A stretch of DNA of 64,000 bases from Alphaproteobacteria bacterium. GTDB taxonomy: Bacteria > Pseudomonadota > Alphaproteobacteria > JASGCL01. Location of the stretch: the NCBI GenBank assembly GCA_965262605.1, contig CBDHFN010000003.1:1312930-1376929 (forward strand), read 5' to 3'. The notes beneath the pieces are model-generated. The model worked only from the letters and a program-made list of their open reading frames with translations. It did not search any database and was not told the DNA's origin. The translations under genes were made by a program, and so were the position numbers. The first letter of the stretch is position 1; every line of letters starts with the position of its first letter. Shown here in pieces: positions 42,185-52,123 of the stretch.

Positions 42185-42967
42185 TCATTCGCCACGCCAT
42201 ACTGGTTTGCGTTTTTCGCTAAATGCTTTTGTGCCTTCAAGCATATCTTGGGAGCGGTTGCATTTAATTGCCGCGGGTAATCTGCCATCACGCGTGGCAA
42301 GAAAAGCATCGTGCGCCGTCATATTAATGGTTTCACGCACGCATTCTTTAATGGCTTGGAATACTAATGGCGGACCTGATGCTAAAAGCTGGGCAAGTTC
42401 GCGCGTGCTATCCATTAAATTTGCCAAAGGCACGACATCGCGCACTAAACCCCATTTATGCGCCTCATGCGCATCCATCCACCTGCCAGTTAGCAACATA
42501 TCCATCGCAACATTATATGGCAATCTTTGGGTTAATTTTATGGACCCTGCATCTGGAAAAACGCCAACATTTATTTCGGGCAAAGCAAATTTCGCATGGT
42601 CAGCGGCGATAATTAAATCACAAGCAAGGGCTAATTCAAACCCACCACCACACGCAATACCATTTACCGCACAAATTACGGGTTTATTTAAATTTGGTAA
42701 TTCTTGAAGTCCGCCAAAACCGCCTATGCCATAATCGCCATCTGGTGCTTCGCCATCAGCGGCGTTTTTTAAATCCCAGCCCGGGCTAAAAAATTTTTCG
42801 CCTTGACCTGTGATTATCACAACTTTCATTGTTTTATCATTGCAAAAATCTTGCATTATTTTGCCGATTTCTTTGCTTAATGGCACAGTGATAGTATTAG
42901 CCTTGCCTCGCGCTAAGGTTAATTCTAAAATTCCATTATATTTTTGCACTTTAATATCTTCAATCAT
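42185..42967 (-). CDS. caiD: Carnitinyl-CoA dehydratase (crotonase family)
   Basis: TGQGEKFFSPGWDLK.AADGEAPD.DYG.GGFGGL, AVNGIACGGGFE and C-terminal FSEKRKPVWRG. Confidence 0.85.
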   Translation of the reverse strand: MIEDIKVQKYNGILELTLARGKANTITVPLSKEIGKIMQDFCNDKTMKVVIITGQGEKFFSPGWDLKNAADGEAPDGDYGIGGFGGLQELPNLNKPVICAVNGIACGGGFELALACDLIIAADHAKFALPEINVGVFPDAGSIKLTQRLPYNVAMDMLLTGRWMDAHEAHKWGLVRDVVPLANLMDSTRELAQLLASGPPLVFQAIKECVRETINMTAHDAFLATRDGRLPAAIKCNRSQDMLEGTKAFSEKRKPVWRGE

Positions 42968-43067
42968 CAGTATAAAATATCATATTCTAAATTTTAAGCA
43001 AGCAAAAAAACATTGACTTCATGGATAATATATCTTATTCTTAGTTAATTATTGGGGGGCCTTATTA

Positions 43068-43829
43068 ATGAAACAATTGGAAACTTTTGATATTCGGGTG
43101 CGTTTTGGCGAACTTGAAGTGCTAAAAAATATCTCTATTTCCGCGAATAAAGGCGATGTATTATCACTTATTGGCGCATCTGGTTCGGGAAAATCCACTT
43201 TTTTACGCACGATAAATTTATTAGAAAACCCCAGCCATGGACGCATAATTATCATGGGTGAAGAACTTAAATTAGTGCAAAAACAAGGCAAGCTTCATGC
43301 CCAAAATAATGCGCAACTTACGAAAATGCGCGCAAAATTAGGCTTTGTTTTTCAGCAATTTAATCTTTGGTCGCATTTAACAGTGATGGAAAATTTGATT
43401 GAAGCCCCAATTTCAGTGCTTAATATCCCCAAAAAACAAGCCATGGAAAAAGCCCTGCATTATTTAAATAAAGTTAACTTATATAACCGCGAAAATTATT
43501 ACCCCGTGCAATTATCGGGCGGACAACAACAAAGAGTCGCGATTGCCCGTGCATTGATGATGGAGCCAGAAGTTATGTTATTTGATGAACCAACTTCGGC
43601 ACTTGACCCCGAATTAGTCGGCGAGGTATTAAGCGTGATTCAAAATCTTGCCGAAGAGGGCAGAACCATGCTGTTAGTCACCCATGAGATGAGCTTTGCG
43701 CGTGAAGTTTCCAGTAAAGTTATTTTTTTAGCATCGGGATTAATTGCCGAAGAAGGCAAGCCAGAAGATATTTTCTTGCGCCCACAACATCCCGCTTTGC
43801 AAAGCTTTCTGTCCAAAGTTAAGAAATAA
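43068..43829 (+). CDS. Polar amino acid ABC transporter ATPase (HisP/AotP-like)
   Basis: [36 protein letters not shown] and [17 protein letters not shown] motifs. Confidence 0.92.
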   Translation: MKQLETFDIRVRFGELEVLKNISISANKGDVLSLIGASGSGKSTFLRTINLLENPSHGRIIIMGEELKLVQKQGKLHAQNNAQLTKMRAKLGFVFQQFNLWSHLTVMENLIEAPISVLNIPKKQAMEKALHYLNKVNLYNRENYYPVQLSGGQQQRVAIARALMMEPEVMLFDEPTSALDPELVGEVLSVIQNLAEEGRTMLLVTHEMSFAREVSSKVIFLASGLIAEEGKPEDIFLRPQHPALQSFLSKVKK

Positions 43830-43888
43830 ATTTCAAATTAATTTGCTATTTTATAAATTATGGGTATAATTAATTTGAGGAATAAAAT

Positions 43889-44482
43889 ATGGTTAAAATT
43901 AATAAAGTTTATACAAAAACAGGGGATAAGGGTGAAACGGGGCTTGGCGATGGGTCAAGACGCAAAAAATTTGATTTACGCGTTGAAACTTATGGCACAA
44001 TTGACGAAGCCAATAGTTATTTGGGCGTGGTGGCTTGTTATTGCCCAAATCCAGTAAAAGAGCTAATTTTATGTATTCAAAATGATTTATTTGATATGGG
44101 CGCAGATTTATGTAAGCCGCATTCATCAGAAAAATCACCTTATAAAGACATTCGGATTCACAAAAATCAAGTTGCGCAATTAGAAGAAGCCATTGACCAA
44201 TTAAATGAATCATTGCCCCCCTTGACAAGTTTTATTTTGCCCGGCGGTAATATGCTATCGGCAAATTTGCATGTTGCCAGATGTATCGTGCGCCGTGCGG
44301 AACGGCTGAATGCCGAACTTGCCACGCTGGAAAAAATTAACCCGCAAGTTGGTATTTATTTAAATCGTTTATCTGATTTATTATTTGTTTTGGCAAGACA
44401 AGCGAATTTTATTAACGCAAATTCACCGCAACCCGAAATTTTATGGGTGCCCAGTAAATTTGAAGATAATAGCGAAGATTAA
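43889..44482 (+). CDS. PduO-type cob(I)alamin adenosyltransferase
   Basis: KVYTKTGDKGET, YGTIDEANS, FILPGG, RRAER and YLNRLSDLLF motifs. Confidence 0.93.
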   Translation: MVKINKVYTKTGDKGETGLGDGSRRKKFDLRVETYGTIDEANSYLGVVACYCPNPVKELILCIQNDLFDMGADLCKPHSSEKSPYKDIRIHKNQVAQLEEAIDQLNESLPPLTSFILPGGNMLSANLHVARCIVRRAERLNAELATLEKINPQVGIYLNRLSDLLFVLARQANFINANSPQPEILWVPSKFEDNSED

Positions 44483-44486
44483 TAAA

Positions 44487-45545
44487 ATGGATTATATTAT
44501 TGATTTTATTGATTATTTATTGCATTTGCGATATATGCCGATGCTGGAACGATGGGTGCAAAAATATACTGATGAATTGCTTTTAATTGGGGCAATAATG
44601 GTTATTTCAATTGTTATTTCAATTTATTTAAGTGGGTTAATTCGTCAGCAAATTACAAAAATTTACAAAAACTTGAAAATTCCGCATCGCTTGTGGCGGG
44701 TAAATCGCGTAAATATTTCCATCGTTATTTTATGGAATTGGGCGATTTTTGTTTTTTCGTTAATGATAAGCGAAATATATAATGATAAATGGGATAAATC
44801 TGTGGGTTTCATTTCGTTGACTATCATATTTTTAATTTTAAAATGGCTATTACCGATAATAAATGCTTGGTTAATTTTGCATGACAAATGGATTAATAAT
44901 TCTTTGCAACCTTTTGTGCCAAAAATTTTAAGCTGGGTGCTTTTTTTAATTGCAATTTCCAGTTATTTAGATTTATTTGGTGTTAAAGTTATGCCTTTTG
45001 TCGCGGGTTTAGGGTTTTTAGGTCTGTCATTATCCTTAGCCGCGCAAGAAATGGTGCGAAATTGGTTGTCGGGTATTTTAATTATTTCTGAAAAACCTTT
45101 TGGTGTTGGCGATGTGATTAAAGTTGAAGATGTTGCGCATGGGCGGGTTGAAAATATTGGGTTTCGCACCACGCGCATCACCCGCGTGGATAGTCAATGG
45201 GCGGTTGTGCCGAATAGTTTATTATTATCCAAGCCGATGATTAACGAAAGCCGCATGATGCGCCGTGAGATAGCATATATTTTTATGATTGATGCAAATA
45301 CTTCCATAAAGAAAATTCAAAAATTGCGCGATAAGATTCATGAAGTTATTGCGCAAAATGCCGATATTCACCCCGATAACCAAAAAATTTATTTGGGGAA
45401 TATTACCAAAGGTATTGAATTGAAAATACAAGTTTTTAGTAATTCGTCCGATTGGAAAATTTGGAATGAAGTTAATTTTAAGCTTGGATTGGATTTAATC
45501 GCGATATTTCATGAATTAAAAATTAATTTTTCACCACTTGAATGA
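44487..45545 (+). CDS. Small-conductance mechanosensitive channel (MscS family)
   Basis: TM helices, LSLAAQE..N..SG..I, KPFGVGDVI, G.VENIGFRTTRI and VPNS motifs. Confidence 0.88.
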   Translation: MDYIIDFIDYLLHLRYMPMLERWVQKYTDELLLIGAIMVISIVISIYLSGLIRQQITKIYKNLKIPHRLWRVNRVNISIVILWNWAIFVFSLMISEIYNDKWDKSVGFISLTIIFLILKWLLPIINAWLILHDKWINNSLQPFVPKILSWVLFLIAISSYLDLFGVKVMPFVAGLGFLGLSLSLAAQEMVRNWLSGILIISEKPFGVGDVIKVEDVAHGRVENIGFRTTRITRVDSQWAVVPNSLLLSKPMINESRMMRREIAYIFMIDANTSIKKIQKLRDKIHEVIAQNADIHPDNQKIYLGNITKGIELKIQVFSNSSDWKIWNEVNFKLGLDLIAIFHELKINFSPLE

Positions 45546-45554
45546 ATAAAAAAT

Positions 45555-46820
45555 ATGAATATTTTAATTATTGGGCAAGGCGCCCGCGAACATGCTATAT
45601 GCTTAAAAATTGCGCAATCGCCTTTTTGCGATGAAATTTATTGCGCTCCCGGCAGTGATGCCATCGCCAAAATTGCTAAAATAGTGCCGATTGCCGTCCA
45701 TGAAGTGGCAAAATTGGCGCAATTTGCCCTTGAAAATAATATTAATTGCGTGATTCCTTGCCCCGAAGTGCCTTTTGGTTTGGGGATTTATGATGAATGC
45801 CAAAAATTGGGCGTGCGATGCTTGGGTCCTTCGCAATCGGCGGCAATTTTGGAAACTTCCAAAATACGCATGAAAGAAATTGCACAAAAATATCAAATTC
45901 CCACTGCGAAATTTGCTAAATTTTCCAATGTTGCTAAGGCTTTGGCGTATATTGAATCGCATGACTTGCCCATAGTGATTAAAACCGATGGTTTGGCGGC
46001 GGGCAAGGGCGTGATAATTGCGCAAAATATTAACGAAGCCCAAGAAGCCATTACCAGCATGATGATTGATAAAAAATTCGGCGAACAAGGCGCAAATATT
46101 GTTATTGAGGAATTTATGCAGGGGCAAGAATTATCATATTTTGTGCTTTGTGATGGCAAGAATTTTGTTTTTATGGGCGCAGCCCAAGACCATAAACGCA
46201 TTAATGATGGCGATGAAGGTGAAAATACGGGGGGCATGGGCGCATATTCGCCCGTGCCTTTTTTGGATATTGCGCTTGATAAAAAAATTCAAGATAAAAT
46301 TGTGCGCCCTTTGGTTGATGGCATGGCGCAAGAATCAATGGCTTACATGGGAATTTTATTTTTTGGCTTAATGGTTGATAAGGGCGAACCAAAATTAATT
46401 GAAATTAATATCCGCATGGGCGACCCTGAATGCCAAACGATTTTGCCCATGATGCATTCGGATTTATTAGTGGGGATTCAAGCGGCAATTGACGGGGTTT
46501 GTGATTTTTTTCAATTCCAATTTAAAAATACTCATAGTATTTGCGTTGTCATCGCGGGTAAATTCTATCCGCAAAGCCCAATTACAGGGCAAGAAATTAT
46601 TCTGCCCCAAGAAATTCCACAAAATATTCATGTATTTCATGCAGGCACCAAGATTCGTGAAAATAAAATTATCGCCAATGGGGGCAGGGTGCTTAGCATT
46701 ATTGCCACAGGAGATAGCTTGCACGAAGCCCAAGATTCGGCATATCAATTTATCAAGCGAATAAATTTTCCTGATAGTCATTACCGAAAGGATATAGGAT
46801 GGCGGGCTTTGAAGAATTAA
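45555..46820 (+). CDS. purD: Phosphoribosylamine-glycine ligase
   Basis: GQGAREHA, KTDGLAAGKGV, QDHKR..DGD.G.NTGGMGAY, EINIRMGDPE and GGRVL motifs. Confidence 0.97.
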   Translation: MNILIIGQGAREHAICLKIAQSPFCDEIYCAPGSDAIAKIAKIVPIAVHEVAKLAQFALENNINCVIPCPEVPFGLGIYDECQKLGVRCLGPSQSAAILETSKIRMKEIAQKYQIPTAKFAKFSNVAKALAYIESHDLPIVIKTDGLAAGKGVIIAQNINEAQEAITSMMIDKKFGEQGANIVIEEFMQGQELSYFVLCDGKNFVFMGAAQDHKRINDGDEGENTGGMGAYSPVPFLDIALDKKIQDKIVRPLVDGMAQESMAYMGILFFGLMVDKGEPKLIEINIRMGDPECQTILPMMHSDLLVGIQAAIDGVCDFFQFQFKNTHSICVVIAGKFYPQSPITGQEIILPQEIPQNIHVFHAGTKIRENKIIANGGRVLSIIATGDSLHEAQDSAYQFIKRINFPDSHYRKDIGWRALKN

Positions 46821-47023
46821 AAGAAATATGGGCAAGTTTGGAATTATTGGGCGAACCTCTTATTATTTGGTCAATTTTTAGTTTTTTTGCTTTGTTTATT
46901 TTATGGCGTTTTGGCAAAAAAATTCAATTTGGCAATCGGCATAGCGCGAAAATTTTAATTATTATTTGCCCGATAATAATTTTTTTATGGTTGATTTATG
47001 CGCTGATTCATGCGCTTATTTAA
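46799..47023 (+). CDS. Small two-TM membrane protein
   Basis: AGGA RBS, two hydrophobic helices; fills the gap between purD and pgpA. Confidence 0.6.
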   Translation: MAGFEELKEIWASLELLGEPLIIWSIFSFFALFILWRFGKKIQFGNRHSAKILIIICPIIIFLWLIYALIHALI

Positions 47024-47032
47024 GGGGGGTTT

Positions 47033-47500
47033 ATGAATAGTAATTTATTTAAATTCGCGGAAAAAATCGCAACCTTATATGGTTTGGGTTACCGAAGTAA
47101 AATGCCCGGCACCTTAGGGGCAATCGCAACACTGCCCGTTGCTTTTGTCATTAATTATTATGGCGGCTATGGTTATTTAATATTTTTTACCTTGGCAATT
47201 TTTTTATTGGGCATTTGGGCGGCGGATATTATTATCACCACAAAAAAATCCGAAGACGATCCCGCAATTATTATTGACGAAGTCGCGGGTCAATCGTTGC
47301 TTTTATGGTTTGCCCCGCTTAGCTTGTCTGGTTATATTTTCGCGCTGATATTATTTCGGATTTTTGACATTTTTAAACCATTTCCGATTAATTGGTTTGA
47401 CGCGAATATAAAAGGCGGTAAGGGCTGTATGCTGGACGATATAGTCGCCGCAATTATTGCATGTCCCATCATGATTTTATGGCGGTTATACGGATTTTAA
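47033..47500 (+). CDS. pgpA: Phosphatidylglycerophosphatase A
   Basis: PGTLG, DP..IIIDEVAG, FRIFDIFKPFPI and GG.G.MLDDIVA motifs. Confidence 0.93.
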   Translation: MNSNLFKFAEKIATLYGLGYRSKMPGTLGAIATLPVAFVINYYGGYGYLIFFTLAIFLLGIWAADIIITTKKSEDDPAIIIDEVAGQSLLLWFAPLSLSGYIFALILFRIFDIFKPFPINWFDANIKGGKGCMLDDIVAAIIACPIMILWRLYGF

Positions 47501-49153
47501 CAATCGGTTATACGCCGAAGTTAAAGCTAGTAGCGAAGCAACTTCGGTATTTCGGGCGCGCCCAACCCCATGCAACGCCGTATTACCTGATTTTATTTCT
47601 AAATAAGCAATGGCTTCGGCTTCGGATCCTTGCCCTATGGCATGTTCATTATAATCCAAAACATTGGCATTTAATTTTAAATATTGATTAACCCCATGCA
47701 CAAACGCATCAATCGCGCCTGTGCCTTTGCCTGTAATTTCAATATTTTTGCCTTGATATTTCATATCAAAAATTGTGTGAATATCGCCATTTTGTTGCAT
47801 TTGCGAGCGATGAATAATAAATTCCAAAGGCGCGATATTATTAACAAATTCTTGGCTAAATTCATGATAAATTTCCGAAGCCTTAATTTCTCGTTCTTGG
47901 TCATCGGCGAATTTTTGAATCAGCGATGAAAATTCAATTTGCAAGCGTCTTGGCAAGCGAATTCCATAATCGGATTCTAAGATAAAGGCAACCCCGCCTT
48001 TGCCTGATTGCGAATTTATTCTAATCACCGCATCATAACTTGCGCCGACATCTTTGGGGTCAATGGGTAAATATGGCACCGCCCAAACATCAGAATTGCT
48101 GCTTTGCATGGCGTTTAAGCCCTTTTTAATCGCGTCTTGGTGCGAACCTGAAAATGCTGTAAAGACTAACATACCCGCGTAAGGATGGCGTTCGGGCACG
48201 GCTAATTGATTGCAATATTCGGCAACTTGGACTAATTCACGCATATTGGAAAAATCTATATTCGCATCCACGCCTTGCGATACCATATTCATGCCCAAGG
48301 TAACTAAATCAACATTGCCCGTGCGCTCACCATTACCAAATAAAGTGCCTTCAATCCTGTCTGCGCCTGCCATCAAGCCAAATTCTGCGGCTGCCACCCC
48401 CGTGCCACGATCATTATGCGGGTGAAGGCTAAGGATAATGCAATCACGATTTTTGAAATTGCGGTGCATCCATTCAATTTGGTCGGCGTAATGGTTGGGG
48501 GTTGCGACTTCCACCGTCGCGGGCAGGTTGAAAATTATGGGGTTTTGCTTGGTTGGTTTGATAATATCCATAACCGCATGGCAAACTTCCAAGGAATAAT
48601 CAAGCTCAGTTTGCGTGAAAGATTCGGGGGAATATTGAAATCGCCATTCGGTTTGCGGGTTCTCATCGGCTAATTGGCGAATTAACCTTGCGCCCTCGCA
48701 CGCAATATTTTTTACCTCTTCACGCGACATATTAAACACAACTTGGCGTTGCAAGGTTGAGGTAGAATTATAAAAATGCACAATGGCTTTTTTATAACCT
48801 TTTAAGGCTTCAAATGTGCGTCTGATTAAATGTTCACGGCATTGGACTAAAACTTGGGGATATACATCATCAGGCAATAAACTTTCGTCCGTGCAGGCGC
48901 GGGCAAAATCAAAATCAGTCTGCGATGCCGAAGGAAAGCCAATTTCAATTTCTTTATAGCCAATTTTTATTAATGTCGCCAACATGCGTTTTTTGCGTTC
49001 CATGCCCATGGGTTCAATCAAGGCTTGATTGCCATCGCGTAAATCCACTGAACACCAAATTGGTGCTTGGGTAATTCGGTTATTTATCCATTGGCGATTC
49101 GCTAAATTCACCGATTCAAATGGTTTATATCGGTGTATGGGCATTTTACTCAT
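47486..49153 (-). CDS. leuA: 2-isopropylmalate synthase
   Basis: WCSVDLRDGNQAL, YSPESF, HPHNDRG, GNGERTGNVDL and AFSGSHQDAIKKG motifs. Confidence 0.97.
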   Translation of the reverse strand: MSKMPIHRYKPFESVNLANRQWINNRITQAPIWCSVDLRDGNQALIEPMGMERKKRMLATLIKIGYKEIEIGFPSASQTDFDFARACTDESLLPDDVYPQVLVQCREHLIRRTFEALKGYKKAIVHFYNSTSTLQRQVVFNMSREEVKNIACEGARLIRQLADENPQTEWRFQYSPESFTQTELDYSLEVCHAVMDIIKPTKQNPIIFNLPATVEVATPNHYADQIEWMHRNFKNRDCIILSLHPHNDRGTGVAAAEFGLMAGADRIEGTLFGNGERTGNVDLVTLGMNMVSQGVDANIDFSNMRELVQVAEYCNQLAVPERHPYAGMLVFTAFSGSHQDAIKKGLNAMQSSNSDVWAVPYLPIDPKDVGASYDAVIRINSQSGKGGVAFILESDYGIRLPRRLQIEFSSLIQKFADDQEREIKASEIYHEFSQEFVNNIAPLEFIIHRSQMQQNGDIHTIFDMKYQGKNIEITGKGTGAIDAFVHGVNQYLKLNANVLDYNEHAIGQGSEAEAIAYLEIKSGNTALHGVGRARNTEVASLLALTSAYNRLLKSV

Positions 49154-49283
49154 GTTTTTTCCTTAAAAATTAAGCATTTAAATATATAAATTATAATAAA
49201 TTAAAGTCAATCATAAAATAATAAAACTTGATTTATCAGATTATTTTGTTATATTTACAATATAAAAAAACTTAGGATAAAAA

Positions 49284-49988
49284 ATGGAAATACCCATAAA
49301 AATTTTTGCTGATGGCGCGACTCCTGAATTAATTATTAAGCATTGCGATAATGAATTAGTGCATGGTTTTACCACGAACCCAAGTCTTTTAAAAGCTTCG
49401 GGTGTAAAAAATTACGCCGCATATGCGCAAACTTTGGTGCAATATACCAAACATAAACCGATTAGTTTTGAAGTTTTAGGCGATGATTACGAAACTATGC
49501 GCCGTCAAGCATTAATAATAAAATCTTGGGGGGATAGTGTTTATGTCAAAATTCCCATTATGAACAGCCATCGCGAATTTCAAGGTAAATTAATTCAAGA
49601 ATTAAGTTCCTTGGGTATTAAATTAAATATCACCGCAATTTTTGATGATAGCCAAGTCAAAGAATTAGTGCCATTTTTAACGCATCATCAACCCGTGATT
49701 ATTTCGGTTTTTGCTGGCAGAGTTGCTGATGTTATGATTGACCCCATGCCTATGGTGCAAAAATGCCATGAATATATCAAAAATATTCCTAATTGTGAGT
49801 TATTATGGGCAAGCACCCGTCAAGTTTTTAGCGCAATTGAAGCCGCAAGATGCGGTTGCCAAATAATAACTATGCCGTTTGATATGATTGATAAATTGGC
49901 GAATCGGGGCGCAAATCCGCTTGATTTATCGCAAAAAGCTGTGCTTGATTTTATAAAAGCCGCCAAAGATGCGAATTTAACGCTTTAA
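49284..49988 (+). CDS. tal: Transaldolase family protein
   Basis: IFADGA, GFTTNPSL, ISFEV, YVKIP, SVFAGRVAD and LLWASTR motifs. Confidence 0.88.
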   Translation: MEIPIKIFADGATPELIIKHCDNELVHGFTTNPSLLKASGVKNYAAYAQTLVQYTKHKPISFEVLGDDYETMRRQALIIKSWGDSVYVKIPIMNSHREFQGKLIQELSSLGIKLNITAIFDDSQVKELVPFLTHHQPVIISVFAGRVADVMIDPMPMVQKCHEYIKNIPNCELLWASTRQVFSAIEAARCGCQIITMPFDMIDKLANRGANPLDLSQKAVLDFIKAAKDANLTL

Positions 49989-49990
49989 AT

Positions 49991-50779
49991 ATGAAAATTC
50001 GTCATAGCTTGATAATTTGGCTTGGTATCATTATTGGGGTTGCCTTAATTATTCCCGATGTGCGCAACATGATGTTCAGTAATTTGTTAGTGCGCAAAGA
50101 ATACGCCAGCCGAAAGCCCGTTGACCCCTTAATTGAGCCATTTAATGCGGTTGGCAGGCTGGTATCGCATCATGGTTTATGCACCGCGACTTTAATTAAC
50201 CCCCAGATAATTATCACCGCGACGCATTGCGTTATTAAAGATAACGATTTTATTGATGCCGATAAATTGCAATTTCAATTGGAACGAGATGGCAAATTTA
50301 TTCCCATGGCAAATGGCAAAGTTTTATTTGCCAATCGTGAATTTATTGATTTTGGTTTTAATGCGATTGCCAAAGATTTTGCGTTTCTTTATTTAGACAA
50401 ACCCGTTGATATTCAAGGCAATTTTCCTGTGCTTGCTTTGTTAAGTCCAGCCAAACAAACGAAAGTTGTGCAAGCAGGATATGGTCCCGACAAGCACGAC
50501 AGGTTATTTGCCGATGATTCATGCGTGATGGAGGATTATTCCCAAAATAAATATGGTAAATTAGCCCGCCATAATTGCCTTATCGTGCAAGGCGATAGCG
50601 GCGGACCCGTTTTTATGAGTAAAAATAACAAATGGATGTTAATTGGTGTTAATACGGCTTTGGTGGGTAATAATAATGTTATGCACGCATATGCAATTCC
50701 GACCGAGAATTATTTTAATGAGTTAACTAATTTTATGGCAGTAAACCAAAAGGCAAGCAATGAATTATCATCTGATTAA
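49991..50779 (+). CDS. Membrane-anchored trypsin-like (S1) serine protease
   Basis: N-terminal TM helix; CTATLI..ITATHC (His), DFAFL (Asp) and GDSGGP (Ser). Confidence 0.9.
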   Translation: MKIRHSLIIWLGIIIGVALIIPDVRNMMFSNLLVRKEYASRKPVDPLIEPFNAVGRLVSHHGLCTATLINPQIIITATHCVIKDNDFIDADKLQFQLERDGKFIPMANGKVLFANREFIDFGFNAIAKDFAFLYLDKPVDIQGNFPVLALLSPAKQTKVVQAGYGPDKHDRLFADDSCVMEDYSQNKYGKLARHNCLIVQGDSGGPVFMSKNNKWMLIGVNTALVGNNNVMHAYAIPTENYFNELTNFMAVNQKASNELSSD

Positions 50780-51146
50780 ATTATGCGTGGGAGTTGAAAA
50801 AATTGAAGAAATTCATGCTTATCAGCAAGAAAAATTGCAAAATTTTGGCTATATTTTTCACCAAACCCGCAATTTCCCGCGCCGTGATTGCCAAGGTTCG
50901 TCTTTATATTGGGTGGTGAAATCCAAAATCATTGCCCGCCAAGCAATAAAAGAATTGCGCCCGCATTTTATTAACGATATTCGGTATTGCTTAATTATTT
51001 TAGATTCCCAAATTCATGAAGTCATGCCGACCCCTTGGCGCGCATTTCAAGGTTGGCGATATTTAAGCCCCGAAATTGCCCCCGCTGACATTCATAGTTC
51101 CGCCCAATCTGACGCAAAAATTCTTAAAGATATGGGAGTTTATTAA
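50760..51146 (+). CDS. DUF1489 family protein
   Basis: HLIKLCVG, TRNFPRR, SLYWVVK and FQGWRYL..APAD motifs. Confidence 0.88.
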   Translation: MNYHLIKLCVGVEKIEEIHAYQQEKLQNFGYIFHQTRNFPRRDCQGSSLYWVVKSKIIARQAIKELRPHFINDIRYCLIILDSQIHEVMPTPWRAFQGWRYLSPEIAPADIHSSAQSDAKILKDMGVY

Positions 51147-51206
51147 AAGGTAATTAGTTTTGAAATTACAAGTTATAAAAAACTATCGGGGGCTGGTATA
51201 ATAATG

Positions 51207-51236
51207 CTTGACATTGTTAAAAAAATTAATTATGTG
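51207..51236 (+). promoter_or_regulatory. Candidate sigma70 promoter of the RiPP locus
   Basis: CTTGACA at 51207 with TTATGT 17 nt after CTTGAC; AAGGAG RBS before 51309. Confidence 0.4.
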
Positions 51237-51308
51237 TTAAATATTCAAATGTAAATTATTAATCAAATTTGTTTAATTTGCATCGCTAACACAAAAAAGG
51301 AGAAAATC

Positions 51309-51710
51309 ATGAATGACAATCAAAAAGTCAATAATTATCAAATGCTAGGTAAAGTTGAGAAATTCGTAGAACGAATTAAGCAAGACCCAAATTTTCTTGA
51401 AAATGCAAAATCAAACCCAAAAATCTTAGCCGATGAATTTGGTTTTGTCGTTCCCGAAGGTATTAAAGTAGAATTTGTGCAAAACACTGATGAAGTTATC
51501 CATTTTATCATTCCAATTGACGCGAACAGCGAATTATCCGATGAATTATTAATGGGGCTTAACGCCGCAAAAGGTGGCTCAGCAAGCTCAGCAGGTTCAG
51601 TCGGCACAGCAGGTTCAATGTATTGCGTTAGCACAAGCCCTTCATGCGTTGGCACTGCAAGCACCATTGGTTCAGCGAGTTCAGCTGGTTCTGGTGGCAC
51701 CGCAAGCTAA
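51309..51710 (+). CDS. NHLP-leader RiPP precursor 1 (proteusin type)
   Basis: Leader DPNF....SNPK.L..EFG..VPEGIKVEFVQNTDEVIHFIIP....ELSDELL; 46-aa Ser/Ala/Gly/Thr-rich core. Confidence 0.9.
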   Translation: MNDNQKVNNYQMLGKVEKFVERIKQDPNFLENAKSNPKILADEFGFVVPEGIKVEFVQNTDEVIHFIIPIDANSELSDELLMGLNAAKGGSASSAGSVGTAGSMYCVSTSPSCVGTASTIGSASSAGSGGTAS

Positions 51711-51739
51711 TAATTAACATTACCAAAAAGGAAAATAAA

Positions 51740-52123
51740 ATGAACATAAAAGATTTAAATCAACAATTAAACACTGGTTTTGACAATTTAAACCAATTGA
51801 TGAAAGATAAAAGCGAAGTCGCAAAATTAAGGGCAAACCCATTGCAATATTTCAAAGACAACGATATGTTGCCCGATGCCTCCAAAGAATATGAAGTATT
51901 TTTTAATACTGATAATGTTTGGTATGTGGTTTTCCCAGCTAATGATAGCACAGAAATTTCTGATGAAGCTTTGTCAAATATTGCGGCAGCAAAATCATCG
52001 GCTAGCGTATCATCTGTGGGCACTGCGTCAACAGCAGGCACAGCAAGTAGCTTTCCTTCATGCGTTAGCTCGGCTGGTTCGGTTGGTTCTGTCTCTTCTG
52101 GTGGCTCAGCGTCCAGTAAATAA
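51740..52123 (+). CDS. NHLP-leader RiPP precursor 2 (proteusin type)
   Basis: ATG at 51740 after AAGGA; leader LRANPL.YF..NTDNVWYVVFP....EISDEALSNIAAA; 43-aa Ser/Ala/Gly/Val/Thr core. Confidence 0.88.
   Translation: MNIKDLNQQLNTGFDNLNQLMKDKSEVAKLRANPLQYFKDNDMLPDASKEYEVFFNTDNVWYVVFPANDSTEISDEALSNIAAAKSSASVSSVGTASTAGTASSFPSCVSSAGSVGSVSSGGSASSK

Noticed and set aside
45603-46835. Multiple antisense or alternate-frame ORFs over purD (similarly over uvrA, napA, dapA, phnA)
   Set aside because: They are shadows of well-supported conserved genes with no independent coding evidence.
51644-51739. Longer W/H-rich N-terminus for precursor 2
   Set aside because: It is an alternate frame of the precursor 1 core; an RBS precedes the ATG at 51740.
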